NCBI GenBank assembly: GCA_018398765.1
Contig: JAHBMJ010000472.1
Span: 1-47,905 of the forward strand
Reading direction: 5' to 3'
From: Chromera velia
Taxonomy: Eukaryota
Length of the DNA: 47,905 bases
This document shows, in pieces, positions 1 through 12,049 of the stretch. How positions within the stretch are numbered: position 1 is the stretch's first letter; each line of letters starts with the position of its first letter. Below the pieces are notes generated by a model that ran no database searches, was not told the DNA's origin, and worked only from the letters and a program-made list of their open reading frames with translations. The translations under genes were made by a program, and so were the position numbers.

Positions 1-6
1 TCTCTA

Positions 7-48
<42 letters not shown>

Positions 49-126
49 TATATACATATCTGCGTGTGTGCGCGTGCGTGTGCGCCCTGCTACCTCACCC
101 GCCCGAGGGCCTCAACCCCCACTTGC

Positions 127-1978
127 CTGCTGTGAGGACTCCAGAAGTCTCCACATCCTGCAGGCAGGCAGGCAGCAATCCATCAAACCAGTCATCAACA
201 CGTGCACAGGTGCAGTGGGGGCTCAGCACAAAAAGCAGCCATGCATGCATGGAGAGGTTCAAGCAGCCCGACTCCCCCGGCACTCTTCCACCTACACCCA
301 CATACATGTGCACCCACCCGCACACAAACAAACTAAATGCCGCCGGGAGGAAAAATCTGAACACAAATTAAAGGACTGGGAGGCAGAGAGAGAAAGGCCA
401 GGGAGGGAGCCCGGAGGTTCACGTATGGGGGCAATCAATCATCACTTTCTGCAACGAAATTGATGAAGAGCATGCGTGCAGACAGGAGGAAGTCAGGTTA
501 ATTGGCAGGAAGGAAGGACGGCTGTCTCGATCACAGCACGAGTCAGGCAGGGAGGCAGTGTGATGATGCAGTGCGAGTGAGATGAGGCGGCACAGCTAGT
601 TGCACTGAATTGCCTACATTGACGGAGAAATACTTTCCAATGCAAGGCGGAGACAAGCAGATAGAAAAACACATATTGGAGGAGGGGGGATTCAGGCGAA
701 GAACTGTTTGGAGGGCTCAGGTCATCAGAAAGATAAAATAGGAACAAGAGAGCTCAGATCGATTGGTTGATCTCTGCGTTGAGGGGCGTATCAGACAGAA
801 GGCTGGATTATGTTAAGAAGTGCAAGGGCACACGAAGGAAAGGGCATATGCAGAAGCAAGAGAGAAAGGAGAAAGGACAGATGAAAGGAAGGGGAAAGAA
901 GCTTCGAAGAGCGACAGATTTCAAGAGTCACCTGCACGAAAACAAGAGTAAGAAAGAAAGGACAGAAAAAAGCAAAGAAAGAAAGAAAGAAAGAAAGAAA
1001 GAAAACGAGAAAGTACAAGACTTCACAACCCCTCCAAGACGACTAAAAAGAAAAGAAACACACAAAGCATATACACACACTTTCTGCTCTTATCTGGCGA
1101 GCAGCAAAGCTAGGAAAAAACCGAAACACAAGAGATGCACCTGTTTGTTGCATAAAGCCAAACGCTAACATATAAATCTATGGAGCCCGCAGAGACATAC
1201 CAAACGGAAAAACTACTCAAGAAACGAACCACTCGCGTCATCTCCCACACAAAGTCCTCTGGAGAGACGGCACAAAAAACCGCACACGGGTCGTGGAGAG
1301 GAGGGTCAGAAAATCCAAATACGTTCCTGCGAAAAAAACAAAGAAAGGAGACATGCAGGGGATAAAGCAGGAACAGGAAAATGCGCAGGAGCCAAAAGAA
1401 GAAGAAGAAGAAGAAAGGAAGCGTGAGATCTCTTCACTTTCTTGTGTGCCGATTTGTTCTTCTGTCTTTCTGTCTGTCGCTTTCTCTTTGTTTCCCTCGT
1501 TTCCTTAAGGTCTCCTTCGGCCATAGGAAGAGCAATTCTATAATACCAAAACCAGGCCAGTAAGCCCAACGCCCTCCCCCCCCCCCGCCCACCTGTACGT
1601 ATCTGCAAAGAAGAGAAGCAGACCCTTGAGCATCTGGCAGAACTGTGGACTCAACTGCAAGGCGTCAGTCAGTGCATGGGAGCCATCTTGATACCTCAAG
1701 AAGCGAAGCGAATAGAAAAAAGTAAGATGAAAAGACGAAGAAAGGCAAAGGAATGAGCCGGGACGGCAGACAGACAGACAGACAGAATGTTTCTTCTTCT
1801 CCCTTCTTTTCTTCATGTACAGACGGACAGACGGACGGACGGACAGACAGAGAGACAGACAGACAAACAGAGGAAGCGAAGGAAAAACTCAGAAGGACAC
1901 AAAAAGTCAGGAGCATGGGAGGGAATTGACATGGCAAAAAGTGGCTTCGTTTCATCTGGAGGAGACTGCCCAAATGGA

Positions 1979-2025
<47 letters not shown>

Positions 2026-2952
2026 ACACACACCTCTTCCACTTTTGTAATGATGTCCGCAGTGACAAGGGCTGCAGCGAAGGGAGGGAAACGAAACGAG
2101 CACTGCGGAAGTGGGCGCTCCACTTTTTGTTAATCGACTCATTTCGTCTTTAGCATAGCGCCCCTGAGGGAGAAGGGGGGCGAGATGGATGCAGAGTGCT
2201 GAAACAGTTCCTTCCTTCTAGAGAGAGAAACCGCCTCTTTTCTTTTCTGTTCGCTTGGATTTTCTTCTGCAAGGTGGTTGCGTCCTGCCGTTCGTCGTAG
2301 CACTGTTCTCTCATTTCTTCTCTGTTGGCTTCTTTCGCTTTCTTGATCTGTCCATCTCGGCCGCGGAATTCGTTTCTCTTCCTGCTTGGCGGTCGGTTTG
2401 TTTGTTTGTTTGTGTTTCAGCGTTTTCCTTTCTGTCCACTGTGCTTCTGCATGACACCTTTTTGAGCTCATGAATCCATTCATCCAAAGAATCTGCATTC
2501 TAATCTCTGTTGCTCCCACCCCTTTCTTTCTGTGACAGAGGGAAAAATATACGACAAGGAGAAGAATTGTACTGGAAATCTCACGCGACCTACCTACCGA
2601 CCTACCTGTATGTGTGACTTCTAGAGGAACCATCCAGCACTCAACCCCGCTCTGCAGCACGATCGCAGCGGCCTCTGCAGGCAGCACGCAGGCAGAACGT
2701 CGATCGATCAGGGAGGGAGCACAGTGCACGCCCCCCCAGAGGCATACATGGAAAAGATCCAAGAGAAGCTCACGAATTGTGCTGCTCACCAGAGGAACCG
2801 AAGTGACACAAAGACAAAAGGGCAAAGAAAAGAAAAGAAAATATGGAATGAATCCCCAAAGAAACCAAAGAAGCCACTGAAGGCATAACGGCACCCTGCT
2901 ATCCTCACTCTCTGCCACTCGATTGAGCCTCGACCTCCAACCCGCCTCTGTG

Positions 2953-2984
<32 letters not shown>

Positions 2985-2996
2985 TGTTTCTTTCTT

Positions 2997-3055
<59 letters not shown>

Positions 3056-3063
3056 GTTTCTTG

Positions 3064-3094
<31 letters not shown>

Positions 3095-6002
3095 TTTTTC
3101 TTTCTTGTTTTTTTCTTTCTTTCTTTCTTTCTTTCTTTCTTTGTTTGTTTGTTTCTTTCTTTCTTTCCTTCCTTCCTTCGTTTTTTTTTCTAACTTCCAC
3201 TCTCGCTCTCTCCCGTGATCATATCTCGGTTCTAAGCCGCAAATCAATCTGCATGCCTGTCCGAAGAGGGTGTCGTTTCCAGTCGCCTGTCCACTGCCTC
3301 CTTCTCTTGAAACTGCCATTCCTGAGACCCCCCCCCCCCACCTGGGTCTATCTGAATGTTGAATTCCATCACAGGGCCGGTGTTCCCGAGCCCTGCAGGC
3401 AGGCAGGCGTGAGAAGAGAAGAGGACAAGGAGGTTGGAGGAATCAAATGCAGGCAGGGAGGTGGACAAGAGAGCAGAACAAATGCAACCAAGGAAAAGAG
3501 CCCGACGACAGTGCGATCTCCCATACCACTTCAAAGAGTTTACAAGCGGTGTTATCGGCTTTGAGTCCCTGACGGAATGTCCACACGCAAAGACACGTAC
3601 GGACACTTCACCGTCTGATTTATTGCAAGAAGAGACCGCACAAGGAGTAGATCTACCTGCATGGAGAAGCTGCCACCCACAACAGAAAGCGGAAGAGACG
3701 CAAACACAAACCAGGAGAGAAAGAGTCCAATTCAGGAAGGAAAAGAAAAGTCGAGTCTCTAGCTGTCATCATTCCACACTTAGATACCTACGTACCGATT
3801 GCACCTCCCATGAAAACAATTTTGTTGATTTTCGACTTGATCTGCAAGAGACAAAAAAAGAACACAGCTGGCCAAAACAACTAAGTGAACAAAAGAACAA
3901 AAGGACGCGTCGTTTGGCGGAAGTTTCGATGTTTGGTCGTTTTTCTAGCGCGATGCTGCCTTTGTATCTCCCATGTGCATGGGGGCAAATTTGCTTTTTG
4001 TGTAGTCCGTGCGCCTCGCTGCCTTCTTACGTGTCTTCATGAATCTGCAAGGCCACGTCGTCTATCACCGTGTTCTGCGCAGGGAATCATTCTTTGTGCG
4101 CGTGAACGAAAGGGTTTATGCATCTTTGCAAGATCTTTTGTGGCACTCTCGCCCTCTTTCTTTTTCTCTGTTTGAGAAGGCGGTTGGGGGGGTTGGGGTT
4201 GGATGGAGGGGTGTAGGTGGTAAGATTGTAGATTTCCAAATACGAAACTGTGACGGCAGTGCATGTGTGTGCGATCATGAAGAGTAAGACATGTTGCTGC
4301 GATGCAGAATGCAGGCACGTCAACACAATCATGCCGAAGGAATGGAGTGAGTGAGTGAGTGAGTGAGAAAAGAGAGACATGCTGGCTGACCTCTGGGAAG
4401 AGAGTCATTAGGAGGGCCACGTTGGTCTGGCACCCTGTGACGACGATGGTGGTCCCGCCCTCTGCGTTATCAATTGCCTCGAACATCTTTAACACAGCCT
4501 GTGTGCGGCCAGACAGGAAGGAAGGAAGGAAGGAAGGAAGGAAGAAAGAAAGAAAGAAAGAAAGGAAGGAAGGAAGGGAGGAAGAGCACACACACACACA
4601 CACACACAGAGGGAGAGAGGGAACCAAAGATGTCTGGGGATCCCGGTATGTGCGTCTGTCTGTCATTAAACAAAAGAGAAAAAAAGAGAAAAATATGAAA
4701 AACAGCTTACAATGTCTGTAGATTTGACTATCTGTTCGTTTCTCTGTCTGTCTGCTTGCCTGCCTATATGTCCTTCTGTGTGAATGGTTCTTGAGCAAAG
4801 AGAGAAAACAAATGAAGCAGAGGCACAAAACCGCAGTCCGACTGTCTGTCTGTCTGTCTGTCTGTCCATCGCTCAGGCACTCCCTCACTCACTCTGGTGT
4901 TGGGGGGGTTGACGTGCCTGACTGACCTTTCCATCTGAAGCCCCCCTGGAGGGGGAGGGAAATTGAAATCCTTCCAGACCGCTCTCGCCGTGAATTTCCG
5001 GACTGCAGGCGGCAGTGGGGTGCATGGGTCGTTGGAAGCAAAAAAATCAAAAGGAAAGAATGGATCGACGAGGAAGGAGAGGATGAAGTGAACAGATAGA
5101 CGGACGGATGGATCAACAAGCAAGGATCGAAGGGCTGCCTGCAGAGCTCTCCTTGTTCGTTCTCTCTCTAGCCAGAAAGAAAGAAAGAAAGCCCAAAAGG
5201 AATGCCGCACGAAGAACGAAAGCTCCTCCAAGAAAGGACTGCGACGATGTGATGTTCACATGAATGAAGCCGAGAGAGAGCTCCTGCAGGGGCACGGCAA
5301 AGGGCTTCTGACTGACCACTGGACTGGAGGACGCAGGAGTGGTCTTGGCTGTCCTTCATAAATATCTGCAGCAACAAGAAAAACACACAGACAGAAATAA
5401 ATAAGTAAATAAATTAAAAATTAAACAAATGAAGAAAGAAAAGAAAAGAAAGAAAGAAAGAAAGAAAGAAAGAACGCAAGCAGCACATGAATCTGGGAAG
5501 ATAAAGTGCTGAGAGAACACAGAATAACACACGCTCCTGTAGACATGTTGTCGTTTTGTTCGTCCCTGCTTCGTGCTCTTGTGAGTCTCTCGCCGCTGAA
5601 CTATCCCGGTGTACATCTGAATCTCCTTTCCCTTGCGTCCGCCATTCAGATTCCTTTCATTGGTCAATGTGACTCGATCGATGGCCGGATTTCCTTTCAT
5701 GCTTTTCCCTTTCATTCTTTTGTCCTTCCTCCTTCACTTCTTCCTACCAATACTCCTTCTTCCTTTCGAGCAACTTTGAGACTTCAAATCACCGACCAAT
5801 GTCTGGCTTTCCTATGCAGTGTCTGAAGTTAACTGCATTCTGAGTGGTCTTCTGGATGTTCTGGTTGCCGTGGACTGTGCTGATGCCCAATAGCTTCACA
5901 TGCGGATGGTAGGCCGCGAGACATAGGGCGAAGGCATCGTCATGCCCAGGATCTGCAGCATCGATTTTTCACAAACAAAGAAACAAACAAAGAAAGAAAG
6001 AG

Positions 6003-6041
<39 letters not shown>

Positions 6042-6181
6042 AAAAAACAAGAAAAAAAAAAAGCAAGAAACAAAGAAAGAAACAAACAAAGAAAGAAAGA
6101 AAGAAAGGAAGGAAAGAAAGAAGGAAAGAAAGAAAGAAAGAAAAGAAAGAAAAGAAAGAAAGAAAGAAAGAAAGAAAGCGA

Positions 6182-6216
<35 letters not shown>

Positions 6217-6219
6217 CGA

Positions 6220-6259
<40 letters not shown>

Positions 6260-6545
6260 AAAGAAAAATAAACCATGAATCGGAATCCTTGCTGAACAGA
6301 GGGAACAAGACGACCCCCAAAAAAAGAATCATGAAGCCAAATTTGAAAAATCGTTTGATTGGTATGCCACTCCTCTTCCTTCCGTACCTGATCGCTTTAA
6401 CATTTATAACACAGACATTCCCTCTTACTACGCAGCAATGAAATCTACTCCTCCGCAGCCTCTCATCAAAGAGCGCACGACAACACAGACTCCCCAGAAA
6501 GACATCAGGTTGTATCCCCATCTCCGACTTCGTCCACCCATCCGC

Positions 6546-6583
<38 letters not shown>

Positions 6584-6852
6584 TAAAAGACACGCACGCC
6601 CCACGTACCCACGTACCCACCCCATCCATCCTGTCTCCTTCCACTGGAGCGTGGACATCTGTGCAACCAGCCACACCTACACCCACGCAGACGCATGCAA
6701 CCACCCCGCACCCGCACACATACACAGCCATAGTCACAGAAAACAAACCAGAAATTCGCTATAATGCCACAAACCATGGTCTCAATCACAAACGGAAGCA
6801 GACGCAGCAACCCACCGCAGTCCAACCAGACGTTCTGTCGCATCGAATCCAT
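127..6852 (-). CDS. Inosine/uridine-preferring nucleoside hydrolase (uridine nucleosidase-like); 3' end lies beyond the window start
   Basis: Manually spliced exons with consistent phases: 6852-6816, 5952-5797, 5365-5317, 5002-4927, 4498-4391, 3841-3796, 3392-3342, 2674-2606, 2071-2034, 1654-1593, 1326-1230, 157-127. The translation carries the family motifs VWLDCDPGHDDA (Asp cluster), STVHGN, EIHGESGL, TGCQTNVAL, VFMGGAIGLGN, EFNIQIDPEAA, VPLEVTH, PPLHDPCAV and RVDVET. The donor of the last visible exon is uncertain (GC after 127 or GT after 123). Confidence 0.93.
2953..3190. repeat. (CTTT)n/(CT)n compound microsatellite in intron 7 of the nucleoside hydrolase
   Basis: Direct reading; the source of spurious FFLS/KKER ORFs. 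Confidence 0.95.
5972..6270. repeat. (AAAG)n microsatellite in intron 1 of the nucleoside hydrolase
   Basis: Direct reading. Confidence 0.95.
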
Positions 6853-7923
6853 CGAACAGCCGATCAGTTCAGGGCGCGTTAACGCATAGGCCTGCGTAAC
6901 AATGCTCCACTTCGCTTCGAGGGAGGACCTGGTCACCTAGGGTCGGGGAAAGGGTGCACCGTCACAATGAAGTTATCGGTACTTGATGAGACCATCTGCC
7001 AGAGGTAAGTGGAAACGTCGGATGCCAATTCAGCGTCTATCACAGAGTGACCACTGCCACTGCCTGCCACAGAGAGGCTTTGGTGGCGCGATGTGAGGAC
7101 GATCGATCATCGATCGGTGCACAATGTAGACATATGTAGATGGATAGTGGACAGATGCGGACAGTAGATGACAGCAGATGACAGATATTAATATTAATAG
7201 ATGACAGTAGTTGAATCTCTGTCTCCATTGCCTATCATTGCCTCTCCAAGTAGACGGGTTTTGATTTTTGTGCTTGGCGTGTATCGGCCGGTCCTTCTTT
7301 TTAGTGTCTCTCTGGTCCTTTGTCGGGCCAATGTCGGGCCAGTATGCTTCTGCATGCTTTTCGTATAGCTCGGCAAACATGCATGCATGCGTGCAACATG
7401 CACGGGCCAGTGCGCATGCACCCCTGACAACATCCCACAAGTTCCACGCCACTTTTATAGCGTCCTTTTACGGCGCGCGAAGAGCTATAGGACACCTTTT
7501 TTGGTGCATGTCCGGGGTGACCCCTGATGACGTAAACGAACAAAAAAATCCCGGCGTACGTACGTACGTATCGCATCCCGCTGTCAACAGACTGAAGCCC
7601 CAGACTCGAATCACTCGATCCAGCTCTTCATTCGCTTTTCTCAGTCTTCTGGTTCATTGATCCGTTCGTATGAAGTTGCAGGGAGCAGAAGACAGCCCTG
7701 ATCGGTTGGCATTTTACACAGAAGTTTGGAGTCTGTCGCTCCGACGCAGTTGCAGGCGTGTCGAAAGTTGAATGTCACGCAAACTGGTTTTGATCAGTAG
7801 GCTTTCCCTGCCATCAGTAAAGGCCTTGATGCCGAACCTGCTGCCTCACCTGTAGAAAACAAAGAGAAGAATTTCGTTCGTATTCTTCCCTTATCGATTG
7901 GATCGATCTGTTTCTAGAACACA
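6853..7923. promoter_or_regulatory. Divergent intergenic region with clustered TGCATG(CA) and CGTACG motifs
   Basis: Lies between head-to-head start codons at 6852 (-) and 7924 (+). TGCATG/CATGCA cluster at about 7351-7420 and CGTACGTACGTACG at about 7555-7568. Confidence 0.45.
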
Positions 7924-9724
7924 ATGGCGTCCGGAGTGGAGTCAGACCTCCCGGCTATGATCCGATGCAAACAGATCTGGGCTCTGCTTCCTGGAACCCT
8001 TTCCCCCAAACTGAGGGAAATGAAGGAATACAATTCCATGAAGTGCAATCAAGGAGAAGGAGACTCAGAAACCACCCCTGCTGTCCCCCCTCCTCAAGAT
8101 CAACAACACGAGACTCATCAACACCCACACACTGTCGTGAAGGCCCAAGGACATGATGCAATGTCTGCAACGACCACCTGCATCAGATCACCTGTGCTCC
8201 ATGGGTCTCATCATGCGACAACCGCACCGGTAACTTGCCGCATGTCCTCCCAAAGCTTGTATCATGTTTCTGCCCCTCAGTCTTCTTCCTCTTGTAAAAA
8301 TTCCCAACTGACTCTTCCCCCCCCCCGTCTCCTCTGCATGTTCCAATCTCATTCGCTCGCTTTTCGTTCAAACCTGTTGTGTTCTTTCTGCTGCTTCATT
8401 CCACCTTTTCTTTGATTTCCTATGCTTGCAGCACGCATCTCCTCCTTCTAGTTGTGGAGGATCCCCCTCGTTGATCACTCTACAACAGCAGCAGCAGCAG
8501 GCCCCCCAAGACCAGCCAGCAGCTGGCACCCCAATTCTCTCCCCAAAAGAAGCCAAAGAGGAAGGAGCGGATTCGGGGGAACAGCCTGAGAGCGTTCTTG
8601 CAACTCCTGAAGGCTTTGTGCCTCTGAGAAGGTTTGCAGACCTATTCGGACCCCGAGAGTCCGACTCTCCCCTCCCCAGCCCCCCCACTCTGACCATCTT
8701 CCGGCCCCGAGCAACCATGCGACCGGTGCTGCCGATGCTCTCGGTCGACGACGAAGAGAACGAAGAGGTCCCCTCTTCTTCTGCCTCTTTTGCCTCTGCC
8801 TCCTCCAACTCCTGTCTGAACCGGCAGCATCAGCAGATGAGTGCCTTGACATGCAGATCCAATCCACGCCTGGCGGCCCATGTGGGGGGGCGGGGGGAGG
8901 CGTCTGGAGCCTGTGGAAGGACGAAGAAGGGGGGTAGCAGCAGCCACGTCCGATGCAGGGCGACGCGAAGGACGCTGCTTGAGAACGCTGGTGAAGGCTT
9001 CGTGCGGGGGGGGGGGGGGGGCACGGCTTTTCTCCACGACCTGGCGGCTGTCAGGTGCGGGGATGGGGGACACAGGGATAAAGGTCGCAGCTGGACGATG
9101 CAGTTCGGGTCCAGGCTTCCGACAGACGAACACCCTAGCCTCTCTCCGGCACCTGCTGGGGACAGAAGTGGTGATGCCAGAGTGCCGGTCGGGGGTGGGG
9201 GGGGGCAGCGACAGCCAAATTGTATCGCTACAGGTACAGGCTGTCGGGGAAAGATCCAAGAGAAGCTTGGGAGGGTCCAGTCGCTTCCGGACATTCTGGA
9301 GGCTGTTTCAGGAAAGGGGTGTAGTCTGAACTCTCCCTGTTGCCGCCTGGATAGTTCGAACTTCTCTCGTCCCTCTCCGTGTGCTTCGGTTGCGCGTGAA
9401 GGGGAAAGAGCGGAAAGGGACGGCAGAAAGGAAAAAGAGGATGGTGGAGGGAAAGAGAAGAGAGATACGCAGGTTTGTGAAAAGAGTGGTGTAGAGAAAG
9501 CACCAATCCGTTCCGTTCATACAAGTGGCAAGGCACAGGGTGTCTCCACCAGAGTTGTATCCTCCCTGACTGCCTGTGTATCGTCTACGTTGCCGCTAGG
9601 GCCACCGTCTCCGTCTCCTGGGCGGGTCCCGGCGTTCGGGTGCTCTGATATCTCTCCCCCGGCAGGGGACCCCGGGGGAATGTTGCCGTGTCCGCCTCCG
9701 TTCGCGGAGGGAAGGAAGAAGTGA
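7924..9724 (+). CDS. Hypothetical low-complexity (S/P/G/Q-rich) protein, about 532 aa, two exons
   Basis: The ATG at 7924 reads to donor CCG|GTAACT at 8229/8230. A polypyrimidine tract and TGCAG acceptor end at 8431 and join in phase 0 to the long ORF ending at 9724. The sequence is GC-rich and free of microsatellite arrays. No recognisable domain. Confidence 0.6.
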
Positions 9725-10795
9725 TTGATGCACCCTTCTCGGGGGGTAGCAGGGGGACCTGACGGAAAGAGGAAAGAGAACTCGGCGGGGGGTTGAGAGG
9801 GGGAAAGGAAGGAAAGAATGGGCAAGAGGAAAGAAGGTCGTGCGTTCTCCATTTTTTCTCTTTTGGAGGGAATGAAAGAGGGAGCCCAGTAACGTATCTT
9901 CTCTTTCCTGCTTTCTTATGGTTTAGACTCTGAATTGAACTCTTGAAGAAAAAAGAGACTTCGTCTCGGCTCTGTCTGCATCTTTACTTCTCTCTTTCTC
10001 TCTCTTTTTCGGTCTTTGCTTTGTGGCTTCAGTCAGTCGGTCGGTCGGTTGGTTGACTTTCGATCGGACACGGACACAGAAGTGCTTGCGTTCGTGCAGA
10101 CATCTACTCTTGCAGGGTGGACCGCTGTTCTGAAAGTCATTCAACGTCCGAGCCTGCAGGGAGGGAGAGGGGAAAGATAGACAGACAGACAGACAGACAG
10201 ACAGGGAAGGAAGGGGGAAAGAATGCCGAGATAGAAACCCAAAGAAAAAGGGGGGAAGGAAAACAGGGACCAGGAGAAAGGATGGAAGGTGGGCGATCGA
10301 GGAAGATGTTGAGATGCTTCTCTCGCACGCTTTCATGTCCTCGCCTCCCCTCCTTTCGTCCTCTCGTGAATGGCGGAAAGAAAGGATAGAGAGGGGAGGA
10401 GGGGAAGGGGAAGGTGTGAAAGAAGAGAGGGCAAACAGGTTACGGAGCGGAGGCGATTTTAAGGTTTTATTTGTGCGGAGGGGAGGGCATATGGGGAGAC
10501 GAACAAAGGGCATGCATGACCGACGGAGTGTCAAATCGCCCTAATGAATGAATGAGTGAATATGCAAAGGTTGAACGAACTGGAATGCATGCATAGAAAA
10601 AGGGTTCAAGCCATTCCTTCCTTCCTTGGTTTTGTCCTCAGAAGTCGTCCGTCTGTCTCGATCGTCGTCGTCAACTCATAGCTGCTTGTCGGTTTCCGTG
10701 TCTGTCTGTTGGGCTGGAGTGAAGATGCGTGAATTCGAAAGAAATGCGTTCTTTCTCCAATGTTCGTGCATTCTGGATGCAAGCATTCCGTGTCC

Positions 10796-10835
<40 letters not shown>

Positions 10836-11739
10836 GTATTCTGCTTGAAGGTGGACGTACACTGTGGGACGGACGGAGGCAGAGGCAGGCAGGGAAGAGG
10901 CAGAGGCAGGCAGGGAAGGAGGGAGTGGATGGGCAATCAGTCTTCTGAAATTAATCTCTGAAGCCTTTTCCTCTCTCTCCTTTCCTCTGCGAAGTTCTTC
11001 TCTTCTTGTACCATTAATATACTGACTTACTCGCTCACTGACTGACTGACAGACTGGGGGCTTCTCAGTTGCTACCTCCCATGCCCTGTCTTCCACTGTC
11101 AGCTCGGCCCCTCGGCCGCAAGGGACAGACAGACATGATGCCTCCCTGCGTGCAGGCAGACAAAGAACAAGAGGCAGCGACGCAGACAGTCAGGTGGAAA
11201 GAAAAAGGGGGGAGGGAAGTGGGGGGAAACGAATGGATGATGTGCGATGATCTTACCCGGCAGGCAGAGAGATTAGAGGATTAAATGGAAGTCACCTTCG
11301 TGTACTCTTTGCCGTGTTTCCTCTTCGCACTTTGCAAAGGTGATGCCGGCAAGATGCAGGCAGGTACAACCTCCCTTTTCTCGATCTCTCTATCTCTCTC
11401 TGACTGCATGTGTGTTTGTCTCATGCATCTATGCATCTTTTCGTTTTCTTCCTTCCTGCTTGCCGGCGGTGCGAATCGATCGATGGACATTCATTCGATC
11501 TGTCATGAACATTATTTGTCTGGCTGGCTGGCTGCCTGTTTACCCATTGTCGTCGCACGTTCGTCTGTCTCCCCCCTCTTTCTTCCTTCCTTCCTCTCTT
11601 CCTTCCTTCCTGTCTTTCTTTCTTTTGTCGTCCTTTCCCCCCCTCCGCTCGTTCCTTCCTGTTCCTGTCGTCCTTCCGCCCCCCACTCCTTCCCGTCCTC
11701 CTTGCTTCTTCAAACGATCGAGAGAGAGCTGTGATGATG

Positions 11740-11799
11740 ATGCAGAAATAGAAGAAAACAAAAATAAATGCAGAAATAGAAGAAAACAAAAATAAATGC
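11740..11799. repeat. 28-bp tandem repeat, two copies
   Basis: ATGCAGAAATAGAAGAAAACAAAAATAA twice, followed by ATGC. Confidence 0.9.
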
Positions 11800-12011
11800 C
11801 CCCATGCACCCGTTGTGCAGTCGATCGAGCTGAACTCTGCGTAGCATTTGCATGATTCTCTGCCTGCCCTGCATGCCTCCTGGCCGGCTGGTATTTTGTT
11901 TGGAGATGTCGGTCCAAGATGAGGGGAGGGAGGCGTTGCTTGGGGGGACTTCATGCATAAGTCATCGAGAAAGAAAGAGAGAAAGCGGCCAAGCAGAACA
12001 GGAAAGGAAGT

Positions 12012-12049
<38 letters not shown>

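Noticed and set aside
2139..3564. Long ORFs of 353, 213 and 177 aa rich in KKER/FFLS
   Set aside because: They are translations of (CTTT)n/(CT)n intron microsatellites; only short internal segments are true exons.
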